DNA of 60,413 nucleotides, filler included, from Stramenopiles sp. TOSAG23-6 (GCA_900128565.1; 13 parts of 13 records of this genome joined end to end with filler, not necessarily neighbours in it); one strand, 5' to 3'. Positions 23,368 to 36,037 are shown, counted from the first letter of the whole stretch. The notes: a model not told the origin generated them from the sequence alone. Numbers and translations: made by a program.

Positions 23368-24165
23368 ATGATGTCAAATATTCCACGTAGATACTCATAC
23401 TCTCGACAAGTTCGTCAATCTGATGGTGCTGGAGGAGTAAGAGCATTGGTGAAGAACAAAAAAGGTGAATATGTATCTGATGATTATGAAGGTGATAGAC
23501 ACAGGACCTGGGCTTCAGGATTTGGTTCTTCTGCGGCAATAAAATCGAATGGCGCAGCAACATTACGGAGAGTACGTGCCCGAACGGAAAGTGGTGCAAA
23601 TATGGTACACATGGCTAATTCATTATCAATGCAGTCACATGTATCCTCCCTTGCTTCACCACGTGTAGGATTTATGCAGAGGCCGAATTCATTTTCTTGT
23701 GATGGTATTGAGAGTGTTTTACAAGCAGCTGATCTTGAAAAAGCTGTGACTGATAAACTTCGTACATCTCCTGTATCCGTTCCCCCGATACAAAATTCTC
23801 TTTCCACAACATATAATAATTTATGTGCGCGTGCGCCTATCCTGGTTCCTCGCATTAGTCGCAAACGAAGCTTATCTACTCCACACGTTGATGATACTGA
23901 TTTAAGCTATCGAAGCACAAATTATTCTAGTCCAGAGAATAATGCTTCTAATGGTGGCGCTGCACCAAGAAGAGATTCACTTGCATCAGTGGCTGATAGA
24001 TTTATGGAACTGGTTACTGATCAAAGTATTGGTGCTGGTACAACGAGTACTCCGAATGCTTTAAGTAATGCCATTAATAGTGCAAATAAGGAAATGAAGG
24101 ACACGAAATCAGTCGTTGCAGATCTGGATGTGGCTAAACTTCTCTGCGGGTTTGCTGCTCCCTGA
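23368..24165 (+). CDS. Hypothetical Ser-rich protein, likely 5' truncated
   Basis: Open frame of about 265 codons; no recognised domain. Confidence 0.55.
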   Translation: MMSNIPRRYSYSRQVRQSDGAGGVRALVKNKKGEYVSDDYEGDRHRTWASGFGSSAAIKSNGAATLRRVRARTESGANMVHMANSLSMQSHVSSLASPRVGFMQRPNSFSCDGIESVLQAADLEKAVTDKLRTSPVSVPPIQNSLSTTYNNLCARAPILVPRISRKRSLSTPHVDDTDLSYRSTNYSSPENNASNGGAAPRRDSLASVADRFMELVTDQSIGAGTTSTPNALSNAINSANKEMKDTKSVVADLDVAKLLCGFAAP

Positions 24166-24276
24166 AGAATGCCGGCGTTACATGAGATGAGTATAGAAAA
24201 ATTGTACCATTTTAGATAAGAATTAACATTATAAAACAAACTAAAACTTATTAGTGCTTATTAAATTTATGTAAGT

Positions 24277-25719
24277 TTATTTAGGATTATTTGATAACCA
24301 TTTTCTGAGTTGATCTACGTCACTTTCTAGTAGATATTCGTTTTTCACAAGGTCTTTTTTGATTACAGTATTATTTTCACTTGAGATATCTTGTATTTTA
24401 TCATCAATACTTTTTTTGTTATTTTCATCATCAAATTTTTTTAAAAGAGCAATAAACATTGATACTTGATGTGATTTATACATTTTATATCCTCCACTAG
24501 ATGACCACAAATCACNCACTTGAGTTTTAGACAATTCAAAATGTTCAGATTGAGACAGAGTGATGAACTTGTTTTCTCTTCTTTCATTACAAAAGTTNAT
24601 TTCATCATCCAAAACCAAAGTGTTATTATTACTATCATTATTATCCAAAAACAAAGTGTTATTATTACTATCATTATTAATGCTACTATCATCATCCAAA
24701 ACCAAAGTGTTATCATTACTATCATTATTACTGTTATTATTATCATTTCCTTCCTTTAATACTAATTTCCCAATTGAATTTCGATGCAATGCAACAACAG
24801 GAAGTCCGACAGAAGCAAGAAGTCTTCTAACAATTCTATTACGACCAATTTTAATACAAACTTTAACTCGAGATTTCATTCTATGATATACTTTTGTTGG
24901 TACTTTTTCCGATCGTTGTTTATTAGCTAACCGTCGGTGATGCTTTTTTCCATTCATGTGTATATTATATTGCTTTTCAGAATCGCATGTGATTGAACAG
25001 GTAGAACAGGTATACTGAGTGAGTTTATCTGTAACCACAGTTTTTTGTCTCTGTCGTTTTCTTTTACCCAATTTTTGACCACTCTTTACACGAGTTGAGA
25101 ATACTTCAGTATTCAATACTTTCACTGATTCAAAGCGAGCTGTTCCATCTGATAACTCAATTCCATCTACTAATGCTTCTATTTGTTGTATTGTAGGAAC
25201 CCCAAGAACTATTGCAGTATATTCCTTTATGCAAGCATGTGGTTGAAGGACTTGTTGAACAAAATGACCATCATTTGTTATGAACAGTAAACCAGATGTA
25301 TATTTATCTAAACGTCCCACTTGAAACAAACGCAAGGGTTCACCACTAGTAATTGCGGCTGAGGTAGAAATATCGTTTATCCATTCCTTAAAACAAGGTC
25401 TTCGCTTGAGAGTATGAAGGGAAGAAATAGGGACAACATTGCCTACAGCAGCACACTCCATACCCAAAGGCTTGTGCAGTGCCCACACGCGACAATGTTT
25501 AGAAGAATTGAATACGGGAACATGTGACCAAAAATCACCAACTTTCACGTCAACTGTATCACCAGGGAAAACGATACGCAGTGTACGAGTTTCTATCTCA
25601 CCGTTCACCCTAATCCGACTTTGACTAATCAACTCAGTGCAAACGTTATCTTTTGTCTTTTGTAAACCGCGAGAAACATAACTTAAAAGAAATATAGGAA
25701 TTTCCAATAATTCATCCAT
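24277..25719 (-). CDS. RsuA/RluB-family pseudouridine synthase with S4-like domain and inserted C2H2 zinc finger
   Basis: LHKPLG, VGRLDKYTSGLL, GIELSDG, GRNRIVRRLL; insert CSITCDSEKQYNIHMNGKKH. Confidence 0.88.
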   Translation of the reverse strand: MDELLEIPIFLLSYVSRGLQKTKDNVCTELISQSRIRVNGEIETRTLRIVFPGDTVDVKVGDFWSHVPVFNSSKHCRVWALHKPLGMECAAVGNVVPISSLHTLKRRPCFKEWINDISTSAAITSGEPLRLFQVGRLDKYTSGLLFITNDGHFVQQVLQPHACIKEYTAIVLGVPTIQQIEALVDGIELSDGTARFESVKVLNTEVFSTRVKSGQKLGKRKRQRQKTVVTDKLTQYTCSTCSITCDSEKQYNIHMNGKKHHRRLANKQRSEKVPTKVYHRMKSRVKVCIKIGRNRIVRRLLASVGLPVVALHRNSIGKLVLKEGNDNNNSNNDSNDNTLVLDDDSSINNDSNNNTLFLDNNDSNNNTLVLDDEXNFCNERRENKFITLSQSEHFELSKTQVXDLWSSSGGYKMYKSHQVSMFIALLKKFDDENNKKSIDDKIQDISSENNTVIKKDLVKNEYLLESDVDQLRKWLSNNPK

Positions 25720-25971
25720 CGTATTCAAGTTTGCGGCAGTTTTAGCCACTATCTACAGCAGATAAATAGATATTATTTGTGTATTAGTATTCAATAAGAC
25801 TTGCTGCTTGTAGAGTAGTAGTAAGAACTACACGCAGCCTATATATAACAAAAAAGAGTGTTTTGACATGTTGATGTGTGCTGAATCTAAAAAAAAATTT
25901 AAAATAACGCTAAAATCCCTAAAATCCCATTTTTTTTTATCAAATCTATATTTAATATTATAATAGATACA

Positions 25972-26378
25972 TTATCGCTTAGCTTTCAGCATTGCGAGTA
26001 CTTCTTTCTTCACATCATCATGTTCGCTTTGGGTAATGAGACCATCATTTAGCATACTCTTTGCTGTTTTTAATTTTTCTAGCATTTCGGATCTTGTTAA
26101 TTTTTTGAACCGTGGTATTTGTTCTTCGTTCGATGAAGGTTGTACTGTTTCAAATGAGCAACTAACAGGTACATTTGAATTCCCCGTATCTAAACCAAAT
26201 AGAGAATCCAACGAATCTTTACTTTTACTATCATCCTCTGGACTCTTTTTTATAAGCTTATTACTGTTAGAGCAATTTATAGCATCATTGTTTGTACTAG
26301 AATTATTAGGTTCTAATACCATATTGAAGAATATACCTTCTTCTGTATTTATATCCAGTGTATCCTTACTTTTCAATA

Positions 26379-26410
<32 letters not shown>

Positions 26411-27652
26411 TTAACATCTATAAGATTGCTCTCTTCTACATTTTTTTTACTTTCAGGTACATCACAGTTGGTATCATCTGCAATTATTTCAGCAGAAGCA
26501 TTCACTACATTACTAGAGCCAACATCTGCTGATCTACCTTGTTGATCGCTAGGAAGATTTTGTGTGTGTAGTCCAGCAGCAAGAATTTCTCTGCGAATTT
26601 CTTCTGGTAATGCGGCAAGAAACGATTCTTCTTCTATTTTTTTTTTTTTTTTTGTTCTGTTTCGTTTGTATTGTAGTATTTTGAGAATTTTTAACAAAAT
26701 TCGAGCTATCGACACGGATAATAATTTCTTCTCCTGCTTCAATTCCAAGTGGAATTTTAACCAAAGCAGAATAACCATTAGAGACTTTTACCTTCACTGT
26801 CCTATTACCCTCTTGTAAATTATCAGGAACACGAAAACGAACAAGTTTATGTGTTTGAAGAGGAAATTGAAAAGTTTGTCCTGGAAGGACACCAGGAGGA
26901 ATAGTCACTGCAACAGTGCCATGTCCAGGTACAGCAACAGATATAATTTGTCCACAAAAACCACCAGGAGGAACTTGAACAGCAACAACTGGACTATTAT
27001 TAACCCCATTGAAACCTTGTAAAGAATTACTATTAAAGTAACTTGGTGATCTCATATTACTCACACCTGAACGCTGTGCTTCTTTCTTGGAAAGTTCTAT
27101 CGCCAAGGCCAAGTCAGCTTCTTCTCTGCTCTGTCTAGCCTTGTGCTGTAATAGATACCGATCTTCCTCTGCTTTCATACGATTAATAAATTGTGCATTA
27201 TTCGCCTTTTGCTTTGCAAGTGCTGCGGCACGAACTTTAGCACGTCTCGCAGATTCTTTGGGATTCATTTGAGCGCCACCCACTGCAAATCCATCAACAC
27301 CTGTACCAGATTGTACACTATACTTTTCACGTAATTCACCAGCACTCAAGTGATCGTCAGCACAGGAACTTAAAGGGACTGCATGATATGTATCCCGCTG
27401 AGGCATTGATTTACCAAGACTGATCACACCAGGACATGTAATTGGTGCGTATGCATCATCTTCAATATCTGAAGTACCAAAGCCCCCGCCTGTTAGAGGC
27501 ATTTCTTCTACTGACGTTGCAGTAGCTGTTGCGAAAATTGGTGTGTCGTCATCATCATCATGAAGAAGAGATACATTCAATACAGTAGATGCACGTGGTT
27601 CATCACTCGATCGTCTCTTTTCCAAGAAACGATTCTTAATTTTATCAAACAT
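25972..27652 (-). CDS. Protein with UIM-like, UBM-like and SHOCT-like motifs; frameshift in poly-A at about 26640
   Basis: EEADLALAIELSKKE, FLAALPEEIRREIL, LKTAKSMLNDGLITQSEHDDVKKEVL. Confidence 0.65.
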
Positions 27653-27976
27653 TGTACATTCAAATAGTTTAAACAAACAATAGTTAACAAAACATTTCGA
27701 CAAGGAGATCTTTTATTTTTTGTTCTATTATCAGGGTAAATAAATACACATTCTTCGGTGATTCTGGAAAATTCAAAAGCGTTACACGAAAAAACGAAAA
27801 AAAAATTGATTTTTTTTTTCTTTTTTTTCTTTAATCTAATCTCGAATAACGACAAAATTTACGACAAATTCAAAAGNNNNNNNNNNNNNNNNNNNNNNNN
27901 NNNNNNNNNNNNNNNNNNNNTTAATTAATTAANNNNNNNNNNNNNNNNNNNNNNNNNNNNNNNNNNNNNNNNNNNN

Positions 27977-28135
27977 GTGCCAAGACAAAACTGTGCTTTC
28001 ATGTGGCCTTGTTTTGCAGCTCTTGTAAACCATTTTACAGCATTTTTATAACTTTTAATGACACCATCACCTTGCAAATAAGATACACCACGTAAGAATT
28101 GTGCGTTCATGTGGCCTTGATCTGCGGCTTTCGTA
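27977..28135 (-). CDS. Sel1-repeat protein fragment
   Basis: AQFLRGVSYLQGDGVIKSYKNAVKWFTRAAKQGHMKAQF. Confidence 0.75.
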
Positions 28136-28376
28136 TGTACTCGAATAAGAAATGTTATTAGTCTCCTTGTTTGAATGAATTATAGCAGGGAAGTTACAAC
28201 AGCCGGTATACGTTAGAACTTTCCTGAAACGACTAATGTCTCTGAAACCCTAACCCTAGCTACGTACCTTTTTTCATCGCTTTGAACCGAACTTGAAGAG
28301 GAATGGAGTGGAATTGAGTGTTTTTTTTCATTTTTTACGAGAGAACCCAGGTAGTAGCTTATAAATAGCTATTACG

Positions 28377-30506
28377 ATGGCAAAACCAATTCAGTATGAT
28401 GATGAGAACTTTTACGTTGTTGTAATTGTGTCTTTATTTTTTATACTTACACCATTTTCTTTGTTGAAATTATATTGGCTTTGTACGTGCAAGCGTCGTA
28501 GAAAGAAAGATTCTTTCTTTGGAATACGTAATTTGTCTTCAATAGTTATTTTAGCTATGTTTTGGTATATGTGGTTTCAGTTAGTTAATCAGGTAATGCG
28601 CCGTGAGGATGACTTCTTCGACCCGTATGTTATTCTCGGTATAAGCCCTAGTGCTGAACAAGCCCAAATACGAAAGGCGTATAGAAAATTAGGTTTGGCA
28701 ATGCATCCCGACAAATGTAAAAAGTGTGACCCTGAAGCTTATATTCGAGTCGTAAAGGCGTATGAATGTCTAACAGATCCTACAGCAAAGAAAAATTTTC
28801 AGTTACATGGACATCCCGATGGTCCTCAGCACCTTGATGTATCTATCGCTTTACCATCTTTTTTATCTGACAAGGGAAATGCGGTCTATGTATTATTAGC
28901 ATACTTGACAGCTTTTATAGCTGGTTTTCCACTGCTATGTTACGTTTTCAATTTGTTGCTAGGTAGTACTACTAGGAGTCAAAAAGTCTCGATGGAAACA
29001 CATGATATGTTTTTTAAAGTGTTCAATGCCCCAGCGTATCGTGAACATGCCACAAGAGATGTATGTTTTCATATTTTATTTCAAATTTTGTTTTTGTACC
29101 AAATGTTGTACCTAACAAATTTCAAAAATTAAAAATTATATTTTCCAAAAATACATGACCACATCGTTCTCATTTCTTCAGCAAAAGAATTTGATGTATT
29201 TAGTAGTAAAGACAAAAACGACGGTATTGCTTCCTATCCAACTCACGATGAAATCAGAACTCTTGCAAAAGTTTTAAAATCATCTGGTGCACGAAATGTC
29301 AAAATTCCTTATTCAAATCCAAATAAGAAAGATACAAAAAATAATACAAAACGTATTGATGAAGACTTGAGAGCTTGGAAAAGTGCTGCAAGGGTATGTG
29401 TACTTCTTGCTCATTGTATGCAATCAAAACCTAAAGTTGCAGCAGGTATCACGGGAAAAGAATTTGGAACTGCATTTTCTTCTGGTTTGTCTTTTCTAAA
29501 AAGCAAAAAAGGTTCGAAATCATTGAGAAGATTATTAGACGCTTTTGTTGGTGCTGCTGGTGGTACTGGAGCTGGTAAAATATTTCGGAGTGACATGAGT
29601 GTTGTATCTACTGCTATTGATACATGTATGTTTTATTTTTATTTTTCAAATTCGATTTTTTTTCGTACGAAATTTTGTACCTAACGATTTTTCTTTCAAA
29701 TATTTTTCCAAAATACATGTAATTGCATTATTCAAGGGAAATGGTTAAACACTAAAACAGGTAAAAGTAGTGGTGTTGATTCAACAGATACAATAGATAC
29801 AACAGATAAAACAAAAAGTGTCACTATTATTGATGCTGCTGTATGCACACTTGATGAAGATGAAGTTCATTGTAATGACCTTGTCACCTGTACTTTTACT
29901 GTTGAAAGGCCACATATAAAAAAAGGTACAGTATTGCCATCAACTGTATATGATATTGACGATGATGAGGAGTTATACCCTGAAGGTTGGTGGGTACTAG
30001 TTGGTGCAGATGTTAAAGTAACCCAAGTTGGTACTACTCATTTGATGAATGGAAAAACGAAAAAATCAAAAGAAACAAAAAAATTAAAAGAAACAAAAGA
30101 AACAAAAGTTCAGGAAGAAATGTTGAAGCGAACGACATCTGGACATTCATTACACCCACAAGGTCGGAAACCTCCACCCCCACCCACCGAAAACAACCCT
30201 AACAACCCTAACACTAATAATCGACAAACAATTATACAAAAAAAAAATGGACTGTCTGAGAAAAGTAATACATTACAAATCGCTGTACCGAATATAAGAA
30301 TTCGATCTCTAAAGAAAATTATGGGCGGCAAAAATAAAGAACAATGTAAATTTACATTTTATGCCCCCTCTCGGCCAGGATATTGGAAAGTTCTAGTTGT
30401 TGTAAAGAGTGCAGACAATGGCAATATTGGCACGAGTAAGTGGTTATCTGTTAAAGTCGTCACTCCTCCTATTAGTGATGACGAATACAGTGAAACTGAA
30501 AAATAA
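28377..30506 (+). CDS. SEC63: Sec63-like translocon J-domain protein; GT...AT introns at 29061-29156 and 29626-29718
   Basis: IQYDDENF start, TM segments, FDPYVILG...HPDK...GHPDGP, IALP; frame continuous after removing both introns. Confidence 0.8.
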
Positions 30507-30675
30507 AGAAATAATGTTTTCTGTTTATTCAAATAAATCACATTACACAGTTCCACGTATGAAGTAGAACTCAATTCGATGCCTTTCACAACTTCAAAAA
30601 TAATCTATATATATTTTGTGTTGCCAGACAGCTATTATTTGTACCTAAAATTTTCTTTAGTGTTGCAATCTGAAA

Positions 30676-31401
30676 TCATGCTGCGAAAGAGTTCAATAAG
30701 ACACCTCCAACAAGAAGAAGGACCAAAACAAACACTTGAGATGTTTGACAACTATCACTTGTACCTAAAAACTTCTTCAGTTTTGCATTTACAGCTTCAA
30801 AACGATTTTGAGCACTATCCATATCACCCTGCAATTTGTCTAGTACCTCATTTTGCTTCTCTACAGTTGTATAGATATCATCTGCTTTCACTTTTAACTC
30901 TCCAATTTTATCCTCAATTTGATCCATCATGTCGTCTTGCTGTGTAACAAGGTCTCTTCTTTCATCATAAAGTTGTCTGTTCGTGTAATTGCTTCTATCT
31001 ACTTTAACAGCGGCTCCACCCAAAAGTGAATTACGCGCACGGCGGTTTATTACAGCATCCCCTTGTTGGCATTTTTTTTGCACCTGCTTGAGTTTATCAC
31101 GTGTTTGCTTTACATACGCTTTGTAGGTATCTAAGTCTTTCGGGGTAATATTTCGGTAATCCCCTGGATTTTCCTCTACATTTATAATAGTATTTCTTTC
31201 TAGATCATTGATGTCTTCGCGACACTGTCTTACAAGACTTTTTAATTTATTGTTCTGGGCCTCAAAATCACTATTGTGGCCGTCTCCCGTTGTCTCCACT
31301 TTCATCGCCGTTGTCCATTTCTGAAGAGTTCCACCGATATTTACAAGCTTTTTTTCAATGGGTCTTGTGAACGAATTAAAGTGATCTTTGCCACCACTCA
31401 T
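30676..31401 (-). CDS. Qc-SNARE, syntaxin-6/SYP6-like
   Basis: Helical N-terminus with DINDLE, SNARE motif QQDDMMD...QNEVLD, C-terminal TM. Confidence 0.75.
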   Translation of the reverse strand: MSGGKDHFNSFTRPIEKKLVNIGGTLQKWTTAMKVETTGDGHNSDFEAQNNKLKSLVRQCREDINDLERNTIINVEENPGDYRNITPKDLDTYKAYVKQTRDKLKQVQKKCQQGDAVINRRARNSLLGGAAVKVDRSNYTNRQLYDERRDLVTQQDDMMDQIEDKIGELKVKADDIYTTVEKQNEVLDKLQGDMDSAQNRFEAVNAKLKKFLGTSDSCQTSQVFVLVLLLVGGVLLNSFAA

Positions 31402-31688
31402 TTTTTAAAGAAATGATGCTTTACTCTTTCTATAACTCTTAGAATAAATAGTGATTTTTTCCAGAAAATCTCGCGACAAACAAACAAAACAAAAACAAAA
31501 TAAGGCGACGACTCAACTTCGACTTCAAGAATTTTGCGATTGACAATTTTCGCGAGTTTCAATTTTTTTTGCGTTACCGGGTATCCGGGTTCCCATGGAT
31601 CAAGGAAATTTCCTGTGAGAATCGGCACAGGTAGTAGAACCAGCAGGTAAGAAGAGAATGATTAGTTGAGTTGTTTTATTTTGTTACA

Positions 31689-32183
31689 ATGTATCATAGA
31701 GAAACTAAAAGGAAAACTCAAGGTGCTTCATTTATAGTTGAAAAGGAGTTACCTGATATCGTTTTTGCAGTAGTTGAGAATGATAGAAAACTAGTTAAAG
31801 AAATGTTAATTGAAGAAGCAGACATTGATGAACGGGACAAATCTGGTCGGAGTAGCCTTCAGCACGCTGTAAATCTTGGTTATATTCCCATGATAAGACT
31901 TTTATTACAATCAGGAGCTTTCATAGATGCAAAAGACGATAATGGTGAGACCGCGCTACATCACGCGTGTCGAAGAGCAAATGGCGTTGAGCTTGCAACA
32001 ATACTGATTGATGAAGGTTTATCTTCAATTGAGACGAGAGATAAACGAGGAATTACACCTTTAATGGTTGCTGCTGATAAAGGCAATGAATCATTAGTTT
32101 GGATGCTATTACAACGCGTCCCAAGACCAAAGTCACCTCCACAATGGTGGTTACCACCAAACGCTCGATGGAGAACCATTTAG
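31689..32183 (+). CDS. Ankyrin-repeat protein
   Basis: GRSSLQHA, GETALHHA, GITPLMVA. Confidence 0.85.
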   Translation: MYHRETKRKTQGASFIVEKELPDIVFAVVENDRKLVKEMLIEEADIDERDKSGRSSLQHAVNLGYIPMIRLLLQSGAFIDAKDDNGETALHHACRRANGVELATILIDEGLSSIETRDKRGITPLMVAADKGNESLVWMLLQRVPRPKSPPQWWLPPNARWRTI

Positions 32184-33465
32184 ATGTCCGTTTTTAGGTA
32201 TGGAAATTTGTACTAAAATGTCGTGTTTTTAGGTATAGAAATTTTTACTAAAAACGTCGCATTTCTAGGTTAAAAATGTCATGTTTTAGAATGTAGATTG
32301 TAGATTTGACCAAAGGAGTTATAAGAAAGAAAACACTTTTTGTTTTCAATATTTTTAGAATGAATGTCTCAAATTCTTTTTCATAAAAGTTTTTTTCAAT
32401 ATTTTTAGAATGAATGTCTCAAATTCTTTTTCATAGAGTTTGTGTGTTGAATCACAAAAAAACATTTTGTAGGCATGTATTTTGGAAAAATATTTCAAAA
32501 AAAAATTCGTTAGGTACAAAATTTCGTNNNNNNNNNNNNNNNNNNNNNNNNNNNNNNNNNNNNNNNNNNNNTTAATTAATTAANNNNNNNNNNNNNNNNN
32601 NNNNNNNNNNNNNNNNNNNNNNNNNNNTTGTACCTAACAAATTTTTTAAGATTTTTTTTGAAATATTTTTCCAAAATACATGGTGCTAAACATTTCAATA
32701 CACCTAAACACAAAAAGTCACCATTTCAAAAAATCTTTCAAATCTTTCAAATCTCTAATGTTTTCCATTTAATCTGCTTTGGATTTGGAATTGTGTTGAT
32801 ATTAGGGTTAGGGTTTTATCTACGATGTAGAAAATATCGAATTCAATTCAAGCGTAAACAGTCTCTGTAGTCTTCAGTATTGTTGTACGCATTGTGATAT
32901 TCGTGATATTCCGTACCATTTTTTACATACGATGCTTCATTTAAAAAAATAATTTTATTTTTCTTCAAAATACAATTACTTTTGAAGTGTATATATCTTC
33001 TTTTTTTTTTAAATTTATTATGATTCACTTTGAATTGTGTCATCAGTTTTCCAAATATTTCTTTTCCATTTGCTTTATGGTCTTGAAGAAACCTGCAGGC
33101 GCCATCCAATGTGTGATGTGTGTAGCTAAGGCCGATTTCATCAGTGCAGCATAAGTCATATGACTTATGACGTTTTTTTTATGATTTTATAGACTTATGT
33201 TTCTGTGCAGTTCATCAGCAATTGTCATAACCTAGGTGGACTCGAACCCTCGACCTTATGAATTATTAAAATTCAACTTTTGACCACTCATTTTTGATAT
33301 TTTATTTTAAACATCATTTTTGTTCTGTGGTGTGTACGCTTTGACCAAGTAGTAGTAGTCGTCGTCGTTGTCTTCCTTTTCAATAATACCAAGTTGATTC
33401 CCTCTTATACAACTGCATCATATTATTGTTTGAATAGAGAAACACAGAATTATCATAGAGTCCTG

Positions 33466-34377
33466 ATGGCTGAAAATAATCATGGTGAAATTGATGCTGA
33501 GCCCTTGCCCTTGTCCTTGCCTAAAACAAAAAAAAGAAAACGAAGATCTAACTTTACGACTGATGAACTTCCACTTATTCTAAGGGCTGGGTATGCAGCA
33601 AGTCACAATAACAAGGGTTCAGATAATAAGACGTCGACACTTGAAGAATTGATTGAAGCCAATTTCAAGAAACTCAGACCTTCTTCAGTAAGAACTGGCG
33701 ATGCACTTTGGACAAAGTTCAAAAATCTCAAAAGAGATTGCGGTAAGTACTATACTATTTACTGTACTTTAAAGAGAGCTAAGAAGTCAGGTTGGGAAGA
33801 GGAAACATACTATCACGAATCAATTAAAGCTATGAAGAAGAATTTCAGTACTACACCTGCCTTTTCTCAAGAAGTTTATGCTATCTACAAAGAGATGCAT
33901 GAAATGCACGAAACAGCAACTGTGAAAAAAGGCACCAGCGGAAGAAACAAAATTCGAGCAATTGACAAGGCAAAGAAAGGTGTACAGCAAATTATTGATC
34001 TTACAAAAAAAGAAACAAAACACCAGCAAAAGGCCATGTTAGATGCCCAGAGAGATCGTTCAGCAGCAGTTCAGCAGATGTCCCAAGTTATGTTCATGAG
34101 GCAAATACGATCTTCACCACCGGGTAGTGAAAACAGTAAATTTCTGGAATTCATTGAGGGAAATCAAAGAAAACTTATGATGATGCAGATGGAAGAGAGC
34201 CTGCTTAGACAGCAGGATAAGATTGATAAACTAAAGAAGAAAATAAACAATGGCAAAGAAAGTAAGGACAAAGAAAACAATGAAGAAAACAATGAAGAAA
34301 ACAGCAATGAAGAAAGCAATGGCGACAAAGAAAAAGACGAAGAAAACAACGAAGAAGACGAACTTCTTGTCTCATAG
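33466..34377 (+). CDS. Harbinger Myb/SANT-like accessory protein
   Basis: NFTTDE...LRAG...RTGDALWTKFKNLKRDC...KKSGW; lies inside the TIRs. Confidence 0.85.
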   Translation: MAENNHGEIDAEPLPLSLPKTKKRKRRSNFTTDELPLILRAGYAASHNNKGSDNKTSTLEELIEANFKKLRPSSVRTGDALWTKFKNLKRDCGKYYTIYCTLKRAKKSGWEEETYYHESIKAMKKNFSTTPAFSQEVYAIYKEMHEMHETATVKKGTSGRNKIRAIDKAKKGVQQIIDLTKKETKHQQKAMLDAQRDRSAAVQQMSQVMFMRQIRSSPPGSENSKFLEFIEGNQRKLMMMQMEESLLRQQDKIDKLKKKINNGKESKDKENNEENNEENSNEESNGDKEKDEENNEEDELLVS

Positions 34378-34564
34378 AAAAATATCGTTAGGTACAAAAT
34401 TTCGTATGAAAATGTTACATGTATACGTTACTTTTTTATCTTTCATATTCTACATTAATTTTATATCTTTCCTATTGCACATCTAGATAAAAAGAATAGC
34501 AATAAAAAGAATAAAAATGATAAAAGAAAATTATTTTGAAATTCAAATCATCTTTATAATAAAA

Positions 34565-36037
34565 TTAATATTGGGAAATTAATGCATCTCTAAGTTTGAA
34601 ATGGGCACTCTTACTACAGATTGATGAGTATCTTTGCTGAATTAAATCTGCAATTGTTATTCCTTCAGCTTCAGCAAGTAGGTCTAGCACTGTATCGACG
34701 CATTTTCCTTCAAGAAAAGCTTTTAGATCAGGGTCTCTTTCTTCTTCTATTTCTGCATTGTAAAGGTCTCCTTCAAATTCTGAACCGAAAAAAAGAACAT
34801 CGCAATTGTTTGCAACTATCATATTATGCATCAAAAAACAAAATTTTATCATTGTTCTCAAGTCTTCAATGTTTTGGTAATAAGCTGCAGATCGCATGAA
34901 TGCAAACCTCTTCTGAATTACCCCAAAAAGACGTTCAACATCTTTTCTGATTGCTTCATGGCATTTAACATATTTTTTTTGTGATGTTGATATTGGGTTC
35001 ATTGATATTGCATAACAGGCCCACTTTGGGTACACACCATCGCCTAATCTATATTGAATAGAAAATTCAGATTGCTCACCTGACTTTGATTTAATAAAAA
35101 ACTGTTTTTCACCGAATTCTCCTCGTAGAAATGCACCAAGCATCGGATCACGCTCCGCAACACGGTTGTCTGGTTCTGTCCCGAGCCCTGAAAGATTAAG
35201 ATGTGCACACCACAAATTACTGTGGCTGACTGCACTGACTTTTACACCACAACCTTTGTCACCCTTGAACTGTGCCTGGAGTATTTTAGGGCACGCATCC
35301 CATCTCACAACCATGCAGTCTTCAGACCCATGACAACCTGGAAATCCTGCTAACTCTTTTGATTTCAACTCTCTTTTCATCATATCCAGATGCAAAGGGT
35401 GTTGTGAAAAAATCTGTGGTAGATACTTGTCTCCTAGATTTTTTACAGTAGCACGTGCTACTTGAAGAATCTTCTTCCCAATTGCTGATTTTCCAAATCC
35501 AACTGGACACTCTAATTGAATATCAGCTACTGCAGTCCGTACCTTTTTTAGTAAAGCTAGCAGTCCTAGATCAGCAGACATTCCAAATTTTCCAGTGGCA
35601 TTGGGTTTAGCTGCGCAATCATCTTTAATATTGATGAGAACTTCTTCGTAAACTTCTTTTGGTACGCCAAAATGCTGATGGAATTCAAGATCAGTGTAAA
35701 GTTGTGTGTTATTCTCAGTGGCGAAGAATTCTTTGAACCAATTAGTTGGTGTTCTTTTTCTTTTTTTCCCTCCTGGTTTGCTACCACCTCGTCTGTCACG
35801 TTTAACTTCTGCTTCCCATTGTTGAAAGTTACATATATAATTTTGACTACTTGTATCTAATGCAAACTCATCATTATCTGTAGCTATTAGCATAGCAGCT
35901 AGTTCTTCTTCATCAGATGTGTCCATTGTATTACATAAGTTGAAAACTACGCAAGACTTGTCACACGATTGTACACGACGACGAAGTTCATTCGACTCGA
36001 CACGTTTTGATGTTTGACCGATGATTCTATATAGCAT
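34565..36037 (-). CDS. Harbinger DDE transposase (HARBI1-like)
   Basis: GFPGCHGSEDC, LGDGVYP, RKDVERLFGVIQKRF, LMHNMIV. Confidence 0.92.
   Translation of the reverse strand: MLYRIIGQTSKRVESNELRRRVQSCDKSCVVFNLCNTMDTSDEEELAAMLIATDNDEFALDTSSQNYICNFQQWEAEVKRDRRGGSKPGGKKRKRTPTNWFKEFFATENNTQLYTDLEFHQHFGVPKEVYEEVLINIKDDCAAKPNATGKFGMSADLGLLALLKKVRTAVADIQLECPVGFGKSAIGKKILQVARATVKNLGDKYLPQIFSQHPLHLDMMKRELKSKELAGFPGCHGSEDCMVVRWDACPKILQAQFKGDKGCGVKVSAVSHSNLWCAHLNLSGLGTEPDNRVAERDPMLGAFLRGEFGEKQFFIKSKSGEQSEFSIQYRLGDGVYPKWACYAISMNPISTSQKKYVKCHEAIRKDVERLFGVIQKRFAFMRSAAYYQNIEDLRTMIKFCFLMHNMIVANNCDVLFFGSEFEGDLYNAEIEEERDPDLKAFLEGKCVDTVLDLLAEAEGITIADLIQQRYSSICSKSAHFKLRDALISQY

Noticed and set aside
30636-30775. 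TTGTACCTAAAA matches near the syntaxin 3' end
   Set aside because: No donor, palindrome or acceptor; one copy is antisense within coding sequence.
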